Below are positions 9,223 to 17,850 of a DNA stretch of 31,847 bases, one piece after another. Under the pieces are notes generated by a model that saw only the letters and a program-made list of their open reading frames with translations, had not been told where the DNA came from and did not search any database. This DNA is from a virus (taxonomy: Duplodnaviria; Caudoviricetes): positions 1 through 31,847 of the IMG/VR virus record IMGVR_UViG_3300011443_000041, one strand, 5' to 3'. The position numbers were made by a program, and so were the translations under genes. The stretch's first letter is position 1. Each line of letters opens with the position of its first letter.

Positions 9223-9246
9223 AGAGTCCGGGGCGAACTGTCGCCC
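9223..9246 (-). promoter_or_regulatory. Putative late promoter (leaderless) for the protease-capsid operon
   Basis: Minus strand GGGCGACAGTTCGC-N4-GACTCT-N7-GTG; same layout upstream of the portal gene. Confidence 0.55.
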
Positions 9247-9255
9247 GCTCAAACG

Positions 9256-11667
9256 CTATTCGTCGTCGACCGGCTGAAAGCCTCCGCCGCCCTTGAAGTT
9301 GAAGACGTAGAGGCAGCGGCAGCGGTTGCGCCCGTCGCACTGGCGGAGCGGCGGCGTGTTGCGCTCGTACTCGCTCGAACCGAACTCCAGCTCGGTGCCG
9401 TCCATCGACTCGCAGGGCCCGCACGTCCCCTCGTCGAGGATGCTCGACAGCTCCACCGACTCGACGCTGTCGCTGTACTGCTCGGCGAAGTCGGCGCGGC
9501 CCATGTTGAACGCCTTCGTCAGCACGCCGCCCGCGTCGCCCTTCAGCGCGGAGGTTCGCACCTGGTCGGAGACGACGTCGGCCACGACTTCCTCGGGCGA
9601 GCCGCCCGTGCGCACCACGTCGATGGCGGTCTCCTCGAGGGCGGCCCGCAGCCGCGCCTCCATCTGCCGCGCGAGCCGCTTGCGCTGCGCTTCGAGCAGC
9701 TTCTCCGTCTCCGGGTTCGGCGCAGGCGGGGTCGCGTCGGGCGGAGGGAAGGTGTCGTCCTCCTCGGCCGCGGTGCGCGTGCGGCGCGCGTCGCGGCGAG
9801 CCTCAGCCGCCAGCTGACGCCAGCCCTCCGCGCGCGCCCGCTTGAGGAACTGGCCGATGAACGCGTCGATGCGGCTCATGTCGAGCGGGAGCGTGGCAAT
9901 CTCCTCGTGCTCCACCTCGCCGTCCTTCATCGCCGCCCGCACGTCGGGCACGCAACGGGTCAGCATCTCCACCACCATCGGCCGCACGTTCCGCTCGAAG
10001 CACTCGCGCTCCGAGTCGAAGAAGCCGGCCATGCTGCCCAGGTCGAGCTTCAGCTCGGAGGCGCGCAGCGGCCGCCGCGGCTGCCAGCTGGGCGAGCTGC
10101 TCGCGACGCGGTGCCGCGCCACCTTCGGCGGCTTCGTCTCGTCCTTCTCGCCCGGCTTCGGCTTCGGTGTCCCGCTCGACTGCCCGGGCTTCGGCGGCTC
10201 CGTCTCGCTCTTCTGCGCGAGCGCCTCCGCCATCTTCGCCGCCTTCTCGGCCGCCTCCGCCTTCGCCTCCTCGAACTCCTCTTCCGTGACGGTGCGGTCG
10301 CCCACGCGCTCGCGCGCGGCGTTCTCGTCCTCGATGGTGTGGACCGTGATGACGCCGGCGTCGCGCAGCGTCTTCACCGCCGTCGCGTACTCGACCGGCT
10401 TCAGCTTCGCCTGCTTCAGCGTCCACTTCACCCGCGGGTACGCCTCCTGCGGGCCGAAGTTGACGTCGACGAGCCGGCGCACCACGCCGGTGTACTTGCG
10501 GCCCGCGTACCCGTCGCCGGTGCCGTTCCACACCGACTCGAGCGTGGCGATGATGCCCAGCGCGAACGCGTCGGCCGACTTGTCGTGCACCTCGCCGACG
10601 CTGCGCGAGCCGGTCTCACCCATGCCGAGCGCCATCTGCTGCGCCTGCACCTGGCCGAGGATGCTGATGCCGAGCTTCTCCCACGCGTCGATGACGTGGC
10701 CCTTGTTCGCACCCGGCGAGAAGAGCCACTTCAGCGTGACGCCGGCGGGCATCACCGCGGCCGCGTTCTCGTGCGGCACCATGTTGGCGAGCAGCTTGTA
10801 GAGCTTCTTCTGCTGCGACTTGGTGAGCTTGACGCCCTTCTCGACCTCGGCGATCGGGATGCCGGCGCTCTCGCGGATTTGGCTGATGCCGACCAGGCTC
10901 AGCAGCTGCTCGCGGATTTTGCACTGGTACCAGACGGGCCGGTAGGGGCTGAAGCCGAGGTAGTTGTTGCCCGTCTTGTTCCACGTCGCGAGCAGCAGCG
11001 AGTCGGCCGGGACGTAGTTCTCGTGGAAGCTCTTCCCGTCGCGCTGCTGCCCGAGCTGGCGCACGCCGGCGAGCTCGCCGTCCCGCTCGTCCCACCCGTT
11101 GGTCGGGTGGATGGAGATGGGCAGCATCTCGCTCAGCTTAGCGAGCTTGTACCCGGTGCCGCCCGGCAGCAGCGGCGAGCTGCACTGCTCGAAGACCGTC
11201 TCGTGCAGCACGAAGCCCGGGATGAGCAGCCCCTCGGTCTGCCGCTGCGCCACCTCCTGCATCGGCAGCCACTCGAGCAGGTTCTTCCGCACGAAGTCGG
11301 TGATGCGCTTCGCGAGCGCGCGGTCCTCCATCGCCTCCTCGCTCGGCTCCTCGATGGAGAGCCGTGCGTCGCGAATCTGCGCCTTGGAGAACTCGACGCC
11401 CTTGCTCACCGCCTCGTCGGTGCGCAGCAGCTTCTCGTACTCGCCCCACGTGCGCGTGCCCGCGGTGCCGTACGCGAGCTGGTGGATGAGCTTCGAGTTC
11501 GACTCCGAGAGGATGTCGCCGAACCAGTTGGTGGTGCCGGTGATGCTCTGCTCGGTGAGGTTCGGCTTCAGCTCGGGCGGCGCCGGCAGCTTCCCCGCCA
11601 TCATCGCCGCGTGCACCGCGTTGAGCGCCTCGCGCGTCTGCTTCGTCAGCTGAACCCGAGCACCCAT
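9256..11667 (-). CDS. Portal protein (DUF935/Mu gp29-like) fused to a MuF-like minor head domain
   Basis: 803 aa directly after TerL. Portal motifs (NYLGFSPYRPVW, ESAGIPIA, GSRSVGEVH, LVDVNFG); C-terminal SSILDEGTCGPCESMDG...PP...NRCRC MuF signature. Confidence 0.88.
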   Translation of the reverse strand: MGARVQLTKQTREALNAVHAAMMAGKLPAPPELKPNLTEQSITGTTNWFGDILSESNSKLIHQLAYGTAGTRTWGEYEKLLRTDEAVSKGVEFSKAQIRDARLSIEEPSEEAMEDRALAKRITDFVRKNLLEWLPMQEVAQRQTEGLLIPGFVLHETVFEQCSSPLLPGGTGYKLAKLSEMLPISIHPTNGWDERDGELAGVRQLGQQRDGKSFHENYVPADSLLLATWNKTGNNYLGFSPYRPVWYQCKIREQLLSLVGISQIRESAGIPIAEVEKGVKLTKSQQKKLYKLLANMVPHENAAAVMPAGVTLKWLFSPGANKGHVIDAWEKLGISILGQVQAQQMALGMGETGSRSVGEVHDKSADAFALGIIATLESVWNGTGDGYAGRKYTGVVRRLVDVNFGPQEAYPRVKWTLKQAKLKPVEYATAVKTLRDAGVITVHTIEDENAARERVGDRTVTEEEFEEAKAEAAEKAAKMAEALAQKSETEPPKPGQSSGTPKPKPGEKDETKPPKVARHRVASSSPSWQPRRPLRASELKLDLGSMAGFFDSERECFERNVRPMVVEMLTRCVPDVRAAMKDGEVEHEEIATLPLDMSRIDAFIGQFLKRARAEGWRQLAAEARRDARRTRTAAEEDDTFPPPDATPPAPNPETEKLLEAQRKRLARQMEARLRAALEETAIDVVRTGGSPEEVVADVVSDQVRTSALKGDAGGVLTKAFNMGRADFAEQYSDSVESVELSSILDEGTCGPCESMDGTELEFGSSEYERNTPPLRQCDGRNRCRCLYVFNFKGGGGFQPVDDE

Positions 11668-11673
11668 GCGGCG

Positions 11674-11697
11674 ACGGTGAAGCGCGAAGTGTCGCCC
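11674..11697 (-). promoter_or_regulatory. Putative late promoter (leaderless) for portal
   Basis: Minus strand GGGCGACACTTCGC-N4-CACCGT-N6-ATG; 13/14 identical to the motif at 9233-9246. Confidence 0.55.
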
Positions 11698-11710
11698 CGA
11701 CCACCAGCTT

Positions 11711-11728
11711 CGTCCAGACGCCCGGACG
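11711..11728. promoter_or_regulatory. 18-bp palindromic site, copy 2 (intergenic terL-portal)
   Basis: CGTCCAGACGCCCGGACG. Confidence 0.7.
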
Positions 11729-11729
11729 G

Positions 11730-13088
11730 TCAGTGCTCCATCGCGGCGAGGCCGGTCGGGGTACCGGTGAGCAGCCGGTCGGGAATCTCGGCGTCGCTCT
11801 CACCGAGGAGGTCGAAGCAGGCCGTCCCGGCGTCGACCTGGTCGTCCTCAGCGTCGTTCACGCCGGTGAAGCCGAGGTGCTCGGCGACGAACTCGTCGAG
11901 CCAGGGCGCGTCGACCGGCAGCAGCACGCGGCCGCGGTTCCACTTGTCGGCGTAGTTCATCGAGCGGACGAACTTGTCGCCCTCCGCCTTGACGAACTCG
12001 AGCGGCACCGCACGCGGCGGCTCGTTGAACAGGTCGGCGGCGCCGGCCTCGGTGGTCGCGCCGTACCAGCGCCAGGGCGCTCCACGTTCTTTGATGTGCA
12101 GCCGCCGGCAGCGCTTCTTGAAGACGCGCGCTCGCACCTGCGCCCGGTGCGCCCAGGTGACGTACCAGTAGCCGCGAGCGTAGAGCATCTTCACAACCGC
12201 GCTGTGGTCGGCCGTCCTCTTCACGCTGTAAGCGAGGTCGACGCCGAACGCGGCCTCGTACGACTTCGGCAGCTCCGTGTACGTGTGGACGCCCTTGAAC
12301 ACCGTCGCGCCGCGCGGCCGCGGGCGTCCCTGGTAGAGCGAGTCCCACGTGTAGCTGTGGACGTCGGCCTCAATTTCCCGCAGCGCCGCCACGTCGAAGC
12401 GCTCCGGCCACAGCGCGCGGCCCTTCTTGTCGATGGCCGGTAGGTGGACGTAGCGGTACTTCTCCTTGACGAGCGTGCCGCTGAGGTCGTCGGGGTGCCA
12501 GCGCGTGGCAAAGACGATGACGCTGCCGCCCGGCTCGAGGCGCGTGCGGGCGACGGCGCGGAACCACTCGCGCACGCGGTCGCGGTACGTCGGCGACTCC
12601 GACTCGACCCGGTTCTTGAACGGGTCGTCGATGATAATGATGTCGAAGCCCTTGCCGGTGAGCGGGCCGCCGACGCCGGTGCTCCACATGCCGCCGCCGG
12701 CCTTCGTCTGCCAGGCGTCGAGGCGCTCGGAGACCAGCTCGACGCCGAGCTCCTTCACCAGGTCGCGCACGACGCGCGCCTTCTCGACCGAGAGGTTCGC
12801 CCCGTACGTCACGTAGGCGATGCGGATGCGCGGGTTCTGCCAGATACACCAGGCGATGAAGCGCAGGACGGTGTCGGTCTTCCCGTGCCGAGGCGGCGCG
12901 TGGCAGACGATGCGCGCGGGCTTCTTGTGCAGGAAGACCGCCTCGAGCTCGGCGGTGAGCGGCGCGAGGTGGTACGGCCGCGAGTACGTGCGCGTCGACA
13001 GCGGCACGAAGTCCTGCAGGCTGCGCCGGGCGAGCGCGGCCTGCGCGGCGAGCGCGTCGCTCACTGCGATGGAGGGCAGCGCGCTCAT
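11730..13088 (-). CDS. terL: Terminase large subunit
   Basis: Walker A PPRHGKT, Walker B IIIIDDP, TRWHPDDL, nuclease motifs GVDLA and EDDQVDA. Confidence 0.95.
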   Translation of the reverse strand: MSALPSIAVSDALAAQAALARRSLQDFVPLSTRTYSRPYHLAPLTAELEAVFLHKKPARIVCHAPPRHGKTDTVLRFIAWCIWQNPRIRIAYVTYGANLSVEKARVVRDLVKELGVELVSERLDAWQTKAGGGMWSTGVGGPLTGKGFDIIIIDDPFKNRVESESPTYRDRVREWFRAVARTRLEPGGSVIVFATRWHPDDLSGTLVKEKYRYVHLPAIDKKGRALWPERFDVAALREIEADVHSYTWDSLYQGRPRPRGATVFKGVHTYTELPKSYEAAFGVDLAYSVKRTADHSAVVKMLYARGYWYVTWAHRAQVRARVFKKRCRRLHIKERGAPWRWYGATTEAGAADLFNEPPRAVPLEFVKAEGDKFVRSMNYADKWNRGRVLLPVDAPWLDEFVAEHLGFTGVNDAEDDQVDAGTACFDLLGESDAEIPDRLLTGTPTGLAAMEH

Positions 13089-13684
13089 CCCGCCTTCGGC
13101 TCGACCGGCTTCGCCTTCTCGAGCAGCGCCGCGAGCGTGCGGTGCTCGTCGACGGTGAGCCGCGTGTAGTCGAGCTGGATGTTCAGCTGGTCGACCTTCA
13201 CCTGGAAGACGTTGGTGACGCTAGAGTCGCCCTCGTCGCCGAACAGCTTGATGTGCCGGCCGAGCATCTCGAGGCCGCGGTGCTTCGGCCAGAACTTCAC
13301 CTTCTTCAACTCACCGACCTGCACGCGCTCGTCGCCCTTGCCGTCCCAGATCTCCTCAATCTCGACGCTCGCGATGGCGCGCCGCACCGCCTCAGGCATC
13401 TGCTTCAGCGGCAGCAGCCGGCCCTTCTCGTCGACGATGTCGCCGGGGTCGACGTGGCCGAACGTCTGCAACTCGCGCAGCACCGCCTCCGCCTTCACCT
13501 CGACCTTCTCGGCCCGCTTCGCCTTCCGCGCGTCGATGGCGGCCGCGACGTCGGCAAAAGTCAGCAGGCGCTGACCGCACGACTTAGCGGCCTTCGGCGA
13601 GTACCCGGCACGGATGGCCGCCTGGGTGGCGTTGAGGTCGACCAGGTACTCGTCGACGAAGCGCTCGCGCTTAGACTTCGCCAC
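13085..13684 (-). CDS. terS: Terminase small subunit
   Basis: RFVDEYLVDLNATQAAIRAGYS signature; overlaps the terL start. Confidence 0.95.
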   Translation of the reverse strand: MAKSKRERFVDEYLVDLNATQAAIRAGYSPKAAKSCGQRLLTFADVAAAIDARKAKRAEKVEVKAEAVLRELQTFGHVDPGDIVDEKGRLLPLKQMPEAVRRAIASVEIEEIWDGKGDERVQVGELKKVKFWPKHRGLEMLGRHIKLFGDEGDSSVTNVFQVKVDQLNIQLDYTRLTVDEHRTLAALLEKAKPVEPKAG

Positions 13685-13919
13685 TGACGACCCTCCGGTG
13701 CTGGCGGCGCACCTTGCGCTCGCAGTTGAGCAGCAGCGTCGCCTGCGCCCAGATGACCTTGTCGCGGCTCCACCCGAGCTCGTCCGCGATGGCGGAGACG
13801 CTCATGCGCGCGTACGTCTTCGTCAGTACCTGCTGCAGCTCCGCCAGCACCTTGCGGCCGCGCAGCATCCGCTCGTGCAGCTCCTCCTCCGACAGCTTCT
13901 CGTTCCAGCTGGGGTTCAC
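13671..13919 (-). CDS. Small HTH-like protein
   Basis: GTG overlapping the MTase stop, GGAGG RBS; MSVSAIADELGWSRDKV HTH-like motif. Confidence 0.65.
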   Translation of the reverse strand: MNPSWNEKLSEEELHERMLRGRKVLAELQQVLTKTYARMSVSAIADELGWSRDKVIWAQATLLLNCERKVRRQHRRVVSGEV

Positions 13920-14529
13920 GCCGCCCTCCTCTGCGTCCAGGCGTCCGGACGCTCGAACACCACCAGCGCGCTCGGCTGCATCGCGCCGGTCGGGCGCCGG
14001 TGGTCCGGGTAGCCGCCCACCGGGCCGTCGGGGCCGTCGAACGGCAGCCGGCCGTCGACGAGCACCACCGTCGTGACGAGGGCCTCGGAGACGTAGCGGG
14101 TCGCGTTGCCGAGCGGGTCGGGCAGCCGGCGCCACAGCCACTCGGCCGAGCGCACCCTCCCCTCGGGTCGCATGATGTGCTTCCGCCACCAGTCGGTGGA
14201 GGGGTCGGCCGGCACCAGGTTGACGTACCGCTCCTCGACGGTGCCGAGCAGCAGCGACTCGCGCGCGTGCTCGAGGTGCCGGCTCAGGTTGCCGCGGCTG
14301 TACGGCGGGTTCCGCCAGCACCGCCTCGAGGGCGGGTGCCGCGCGAAGATGTCCTGCTCCTTGGTGACGAAGCGGCGGCACTGCGCGTTCCAGTGCGCCG
14401 CGCAGGCGTCGAGGTCGAACGGGCCGAACACCTCGGAGACGAGCCGGAAGAACCACCGCGGCGTACGCCGCTCGTCGGTCACGAGCGACTTCACTCTACC
14501 CCCCCCAGCAGGAACGCGTTGTTGCTCAC
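13916..14529 (-). CDS. Phage Dam-type N6-adenine DNA methyltransferase; 5' end split by a G8 tract (alternative start GTG 14494)
   Basis: DERRTPRWFF, FGPFDLDACA, WRNPPYS, LVPADPSTDWW and GRLPF motifs. Confidence 0.85.
13934..13951. promoter_or_regulatory. 18-bp palindromic site, copy 3
   Basis: CGTCCAGGCGTCCGGACG. Confidence 0.7.
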
Positions 14530-14774
14530 CCGCCACCTCGCTTCCGAATCGGCACCGCGGGCGACAGGCCCCGCGAGCGGGCGAGCTCGACCTCCCGGTA
14601 GCCCTTGTAGCGGGCGCACTGCTCGGCGTCGGTGCACTCGTAGAGCTCGCTCTTCAGGTTGAGCGTGGTGTCGAGCACCTCGAGCCGCTTCAGCGAGTAG
14701 TCCTTGTAGGTGCAGCCGCAGCGCCGGCACTGGTGCCAGTCGGTCGCGTACTGCCAGCGATTCGTGGTGCTCAT
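14526..14774 (-). CDS. Small Cys-rich hypothetical protein
   Basis: ATG 14774 overlapping the VRR-NUC stop, AGGAGG RBS; CRRC...CTDAEQC. Confidence 0.65.
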   Translation of the reverse strand: MSTTNRWQYATDWHQCRRCGCTYKDYSLKRLEVLDTTLNLKSELYECTDAEQCARYKGYREVELARSRGLSPAVPIRKRGGG

Positions 14775-15055
14775 CCAGTCCTCCTGACGGCGCCGATGGC
14801 GTGGAGTGCCTCGAGCGGCGTTCGCACGACGTCGACGGGGAGCCCTCGCCACTCGCGGTGCCACTTCACCTGGCTCTCGCGGAGCTCGCCCTCCTCGGTC
14901 TTCACCTCGAGCAGGAAGGTGCGGCGCCGGAAGCCGACGAGCAGGTCGGGCGTGCCCTCGCCGACGTGGGTGATGATCTTCACCGTCGCGCCGCACTTCC
15001 GCAGCGCCTCGACGATGGACGGTTGGTTCGCGTCTGGGGGTGCACCGCTACGCAT
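14771..15055 (-). CDS. VRR-NUC family nuclease (putative resolvase)
   Basis: DANQPSIVEALR...GTPDLLVG...LLEVKTEEGELRESQ. Confidence 0.85.
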   Translation of the reverse strand: MRSGAPPDANQPSIVEALRKCGATVKIITHVGEGTPDLLVGFRRRTFLLEVKTEEGELRESQVKWHREWRGLPVDVVRTPLEALHAIGAVRRTG

Positions 15056-17219
15056 TCGAGTCTCCTTCCGGGCGCCCGGACGTCGGGGCTACTGGTCGAT
15101 CCGCTGGGGTGGTCGATCCGGGGGTCGATCCGTCGCGCTCGGGGGAGGCTGGGTCGATCCGCGTCGATCTGGGTCGATCAGCATCACCCCCCTTTAGGGG
15201 TGATCGACCGGATCGACCGGATCGACCCCCCTCCAGAGGTCGATCCGCTGGTGAATTTGGATCGACCGGATCGACCGGATCGACCCCCCCGTCAACCAGC
15301 TCCAAGTCGGCCTGTTCGACCGGCTCCACCCACACCCGCCAGAGCCCGTTCTGGCCGGGCTCGCGGGTGATGAGCTGCTCCTCTTGCAGCTTCGGGAGGA
15401 GTTGGCTGCGCACCTTGCGGATGCCGATCTTGAGGCGCTTTGCGAGCGTCAGGCTGCTCTGCGCGCCGTGCGTGTTCAGCGCCTCCATCACCTTCTCGTA
15501 GAGCTGCTCGTCGTTCTGCGGCCGCGCCCCGGTCTTCGACTGCTTGCCGGTCGTCTCGTCGTACGCCTCGAGCTCCGCCGGGGTCGCGGCACGGAGCGCG
15601 CCCTCGAGGTCGTCTTGCGCGACGAGCACGAGCGAGTTCTCGGGCGCGTAGTTCGTCTTCCCGATGATGAAGTCGAGCAGCTTCGGCTGCCCTTCGACTG
15701 CTTGCCGCCGCTCGAGCATCGCGACCCAGCGGGCGCCGTCGCGTTGCCCGGACGCGCCCCGCAGTGCGTCGGTGCTGCCCGGCTCGTCGTCCTTCGCGCG
15801 CTTCCGCGTATGGGCGGGCAGCAAGACATTCGGAGCGCCGCACTCCGGCGCCGTCAGCGTCTCGAGCACCTGGATGTAGCGAGTCGCGGCCGCGTTGTCC
15901 TTCTCGACGTCGGCGCCGGCGAAGCGGCTCGACGGGTCGAGCACCACCAGCGAGTACGGGCGGCCCTCAGTGGCGGCCGCGCGCAGCAGCTCGCGCAGCT
16001 CCGACACGCGCGTCGTCTCCGGGAGACCGCCGGTCGACTTCTCGGTCTCGTACGTGAGCGCCATTCCCTCACCGGCGGCCGGCAGCACGGTGAGGTTCCA
16101 CGCGACCTCCTGCTTCTGCAGCGCGTTGGCGCCTCGCATCGCGTAGTGCAGGCGGCGCTGTGTCTCGGGCCAGTCTTCCTCGGCGAGGATGAGCAGCACG
16201 CGGCCGCGCTCGCACGACCAGGCGCCGAACCACTTGCCCCCGCTGGCGACCGCGACCGAGAGCCCGATGACCGCCTTCGACTTGCCGGTGCCACCCGGCG
16301 CGCCGAGCATCCCCACGCGTGCGCGCGGCAGCACGCCTCTGCCGTCGGCCCCCCACACCAGGTACTGGCGCGGGGGCGGTGCAGCGTCGAGGAGTTCGAC
16401 GCTGAGCGGCACCACCATGTCGGCGAGCGAGCGAGCCACCTTCGGTGCCTGAACGGTCGCCGCCAGCGCGACGAGCTGCTCGGCGGTGCCGCCGCCCGCA
16501 ACAAAGTCGGCCGCGTCCTTGCCGTTCGGCAGGGGGACGACCTTGACCGTCTTGACCGTGCCCGCCAGCGCCGCCGCGACCGCCTTCGCGTGCGCGCGCC
16601 CCGGCTCGTCGTTGTCGGGCACCACGTAGACCGCAGAGGCGCCCGCGAGCGCGCTGGAGTACTCGGGGCGCCACTTGCCGGCGCCGCCCGGGTTGCACGT
16701 GGCGGTGAGGCCGAGCCGGCGCAGCGTCTCGACGTCTTTTTCGCCCTCGACCACCCACACGCTGCCACCGGCCGCGCACGCCGCGCGCAGCTCGGGGAGC
16801 CGGAAGAGCACGCGCCGCGCCCCCATCCGCCATACCCACTCGCCGCCGGGCCCGCGGTGCCGCTGGCGGAAGTCCTTCGGCTCCATGCGGACCACTTGGA
16901 ACAGCTCAGCGCCTTCCTCGTCGGCGTAGCTGTACTCGGCGGTGATGCGCGACTTCTGCGACGTCGACGACCCCGTGGGGAACAGGTCCGCCATCGCGAG
17001 CTCCATCGCGCTCACGACGTCGCTCGTCTCGCAGTTCGCGAGGCACTTGAGGAGGACGCGCCCATCGCCGCCCACGCTCACCTGCAGGCTGGCGCGCTCG
17101 TCCTCGTGCGCAGGGCAGCGCGCCTCCCACTGCTTCTCGTCCGTCTTCCGGTGACCGGGCAGCTTCCCGAGCACGAGACGGATGGGCTCGATTGGGAACA
17201 CCCCTCCCGCTGCCGCCAT
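15048..17219 (-). CDS. Primase-helicase (Zn-binding, TOPRIM, RepA/AAA_25-type helicase, C-terminal HTH)
   Basis: CPAHED...CLANC; VVEGEKD...PDNDEPG; Walker A GAPGGTGKS, AEED, LVVLDP, AHTRK, LRGAS. ATG 17219 coupled to the upstream stop. Confidence 0.9.
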   Translation of the reverse strand: MAAAGGVFPIEPIRLVLGKLPGHRKTDEKQWEARCPAHEDERASLQVSVGGDGRVLLKCLANCETSDVVSAMELAMADLFPTGSSTSQKSRITAEYSYADEEGAELFQVVRMEPKDFRQRHRGPGGEWVWRMGARRVLFRLPELRAACAAGGSVWVVEGEKDVETLRRLGLTATCNPGGAGKWRPEYSSALAGASAVYVVPDNDEPGRAHAKAVAAALAGTVKTVKVVPLPNGKDAADFVAGGGTAEQLVALAATVQAPKVARSLADMVVPLSVELLDAAPPPRQYLVWGADGRGVLPRARVGMLGAPGGTGKSKAVIGLSVAVASGGKWFGAWSCERGRVLLILAEEDWPETQRRLHYAMRGANALQKQEVAWNLTVLPAAGEGMALTYETEKSTGGLPETTRVSELRELLRAAATEGRPYSLVVLDPSSRFAGADVEKDNAAATRYIQVLETLTAPECGAPNVLLPAHTRKRAKDDEPGSTDALRGASGQRDGARWVAMLERRQAVEGQPKLLDFIIGKTNYAPENSLVLVAQDDLEGALRAATPAELEAYDETTGKQSKTGARPQNDEQLYEKVMEALNTHGAQSSLTLAKRLKIGIRKVRSQLLPKLQEEQLITREPGQNGLWRVWVEPVEQADLELVDGGVDPVDPVDPNSPADRPLEGGRSGRSGRSPLKGGDADRPRSTRIDPASPERDGSTPGSTTPADRPVAPTSGRPEGDSNA
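15065..15082. promoter_or_regulatory. 18-bp palindromic site, copy 4 (beside the iteron array)
   Basis: CTTCCGGGCGCCCGGACG (one mismatch to consensus). Confidence 0.65.
15094..15290. repeat. GTCGATC iteron-like array around a central hairpin; putative replication origin
   Basis: 13 GATC-containing units; two runs of the 9-bp unit GATCGACCG; central inverted repeat ATCACCCC-CCTTTA-GGGGTGAT at 15183-15204. Confidence 0.75.
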
Positions 17220-17641
17220 CACCGGGGCCTCCGGTGCTCGGCGGCCTGCGCGCACGTCGCGAAGTGACTGGTCCACCGCCGTCGCGGCGCCGCGTGCTTC
17301 GGCTCGTCGGCGCGCCAGCTCTCGACGTGCAGCCCATCGGGGTGCAGGTTCATGACGAGCTTGCCAGCCGGGTCGGGCTCCGCGTTCACCGGCATCCGAC
17401 CGCCCGCCGGCGTCGCGGCCCAGAACATCAGCGCGTGGCAGGTGCGGCACTCGACCGGCTTCGGCGGCTTCGCGGCCGGTGTCGCAGGCGCCACCACGAA
17501 CGCGAGTAGCGCCTCCGCGAGCGAGCCCACGTGCGCGGAGGGCACCTTCGCGGCGATGCGGTTCACCTCGTCCCAAACGTCGACGTGCCCGCCTGGCTCG
17601 CCGCCCAGCGTGAATGGGCCGACTTTGATTTCGAGGCTCAC
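17219..17641 (-). CDS. Hypothetical Zn-binding protein
   Basis: GTG 17641 overlapping the upstream stop; CRTC...MPVNAEP...SHFATC. Confidence 0.7.
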   Translation of the reverse strand: MSLEIKVGPFTLGGEPGGHVDVWDEVNRIAAKVPSAHVGSLAEALLAFVVAPATPAAKPPKPVECRTCHALMFWAATPAGGRMPVNAEPDPAGKLVMNLHPDGLHVESWRADEPKHAAPRRRWTSHFATCAQAAEHRRPR

Positions 17642-17850
17642 GCGGCCTTCGCTCCTTCCGGGCCGGGGTCGACGAGCATCATCAGCGCGGCCGGGCCGGC
17701 CCACTCGAGCGGGATGAAGACGCCGTCGCCGTTGAAGTTGGCACCGCAGTCCAGGCAGCGCGCGATGACGCCCGCGCGCTCGATGGTGGCCCAGAACGCG
17801 CGGCGCCGCGTGCCGCCGCAGCCGCAGCAGGTTCGGCGGAGCGCTCTCAC
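17638..17850 (-). CDS. Small Zn-finger-like protein
   Basis: CCGC...CLDC; coupled overlaps on both sides. Confidence 0.6.
   Translation of the reverse strand: MRALRRTCCGCGGTRRRAFWATIERAGVIARCLDCGANFNGDGVFIPLEWAGPAALMMLVDPGPEGAKAA

Noticed and set aside
8842-11955. 1037-aa plus-strand ORF, and similar long ORFs at 246-1985, 1958-3469 and 15384-17267
   Set aside because: Antisense shadows of well-supported minus-strand genes, expected in high-GC DNA; no recognisable motifs.
15202-15290. 9-bp tandem repeats as a mini-CRISPR
   Set aside because: Units too short and no unique spacers; interpreted as iterons.
15737-15754. CGTCGCGTTGCCCGGACG as a seventh palindrome copy
   Set aside because: Four mismatches to the consensus and located inside a conserved helicase motif; likely chance.
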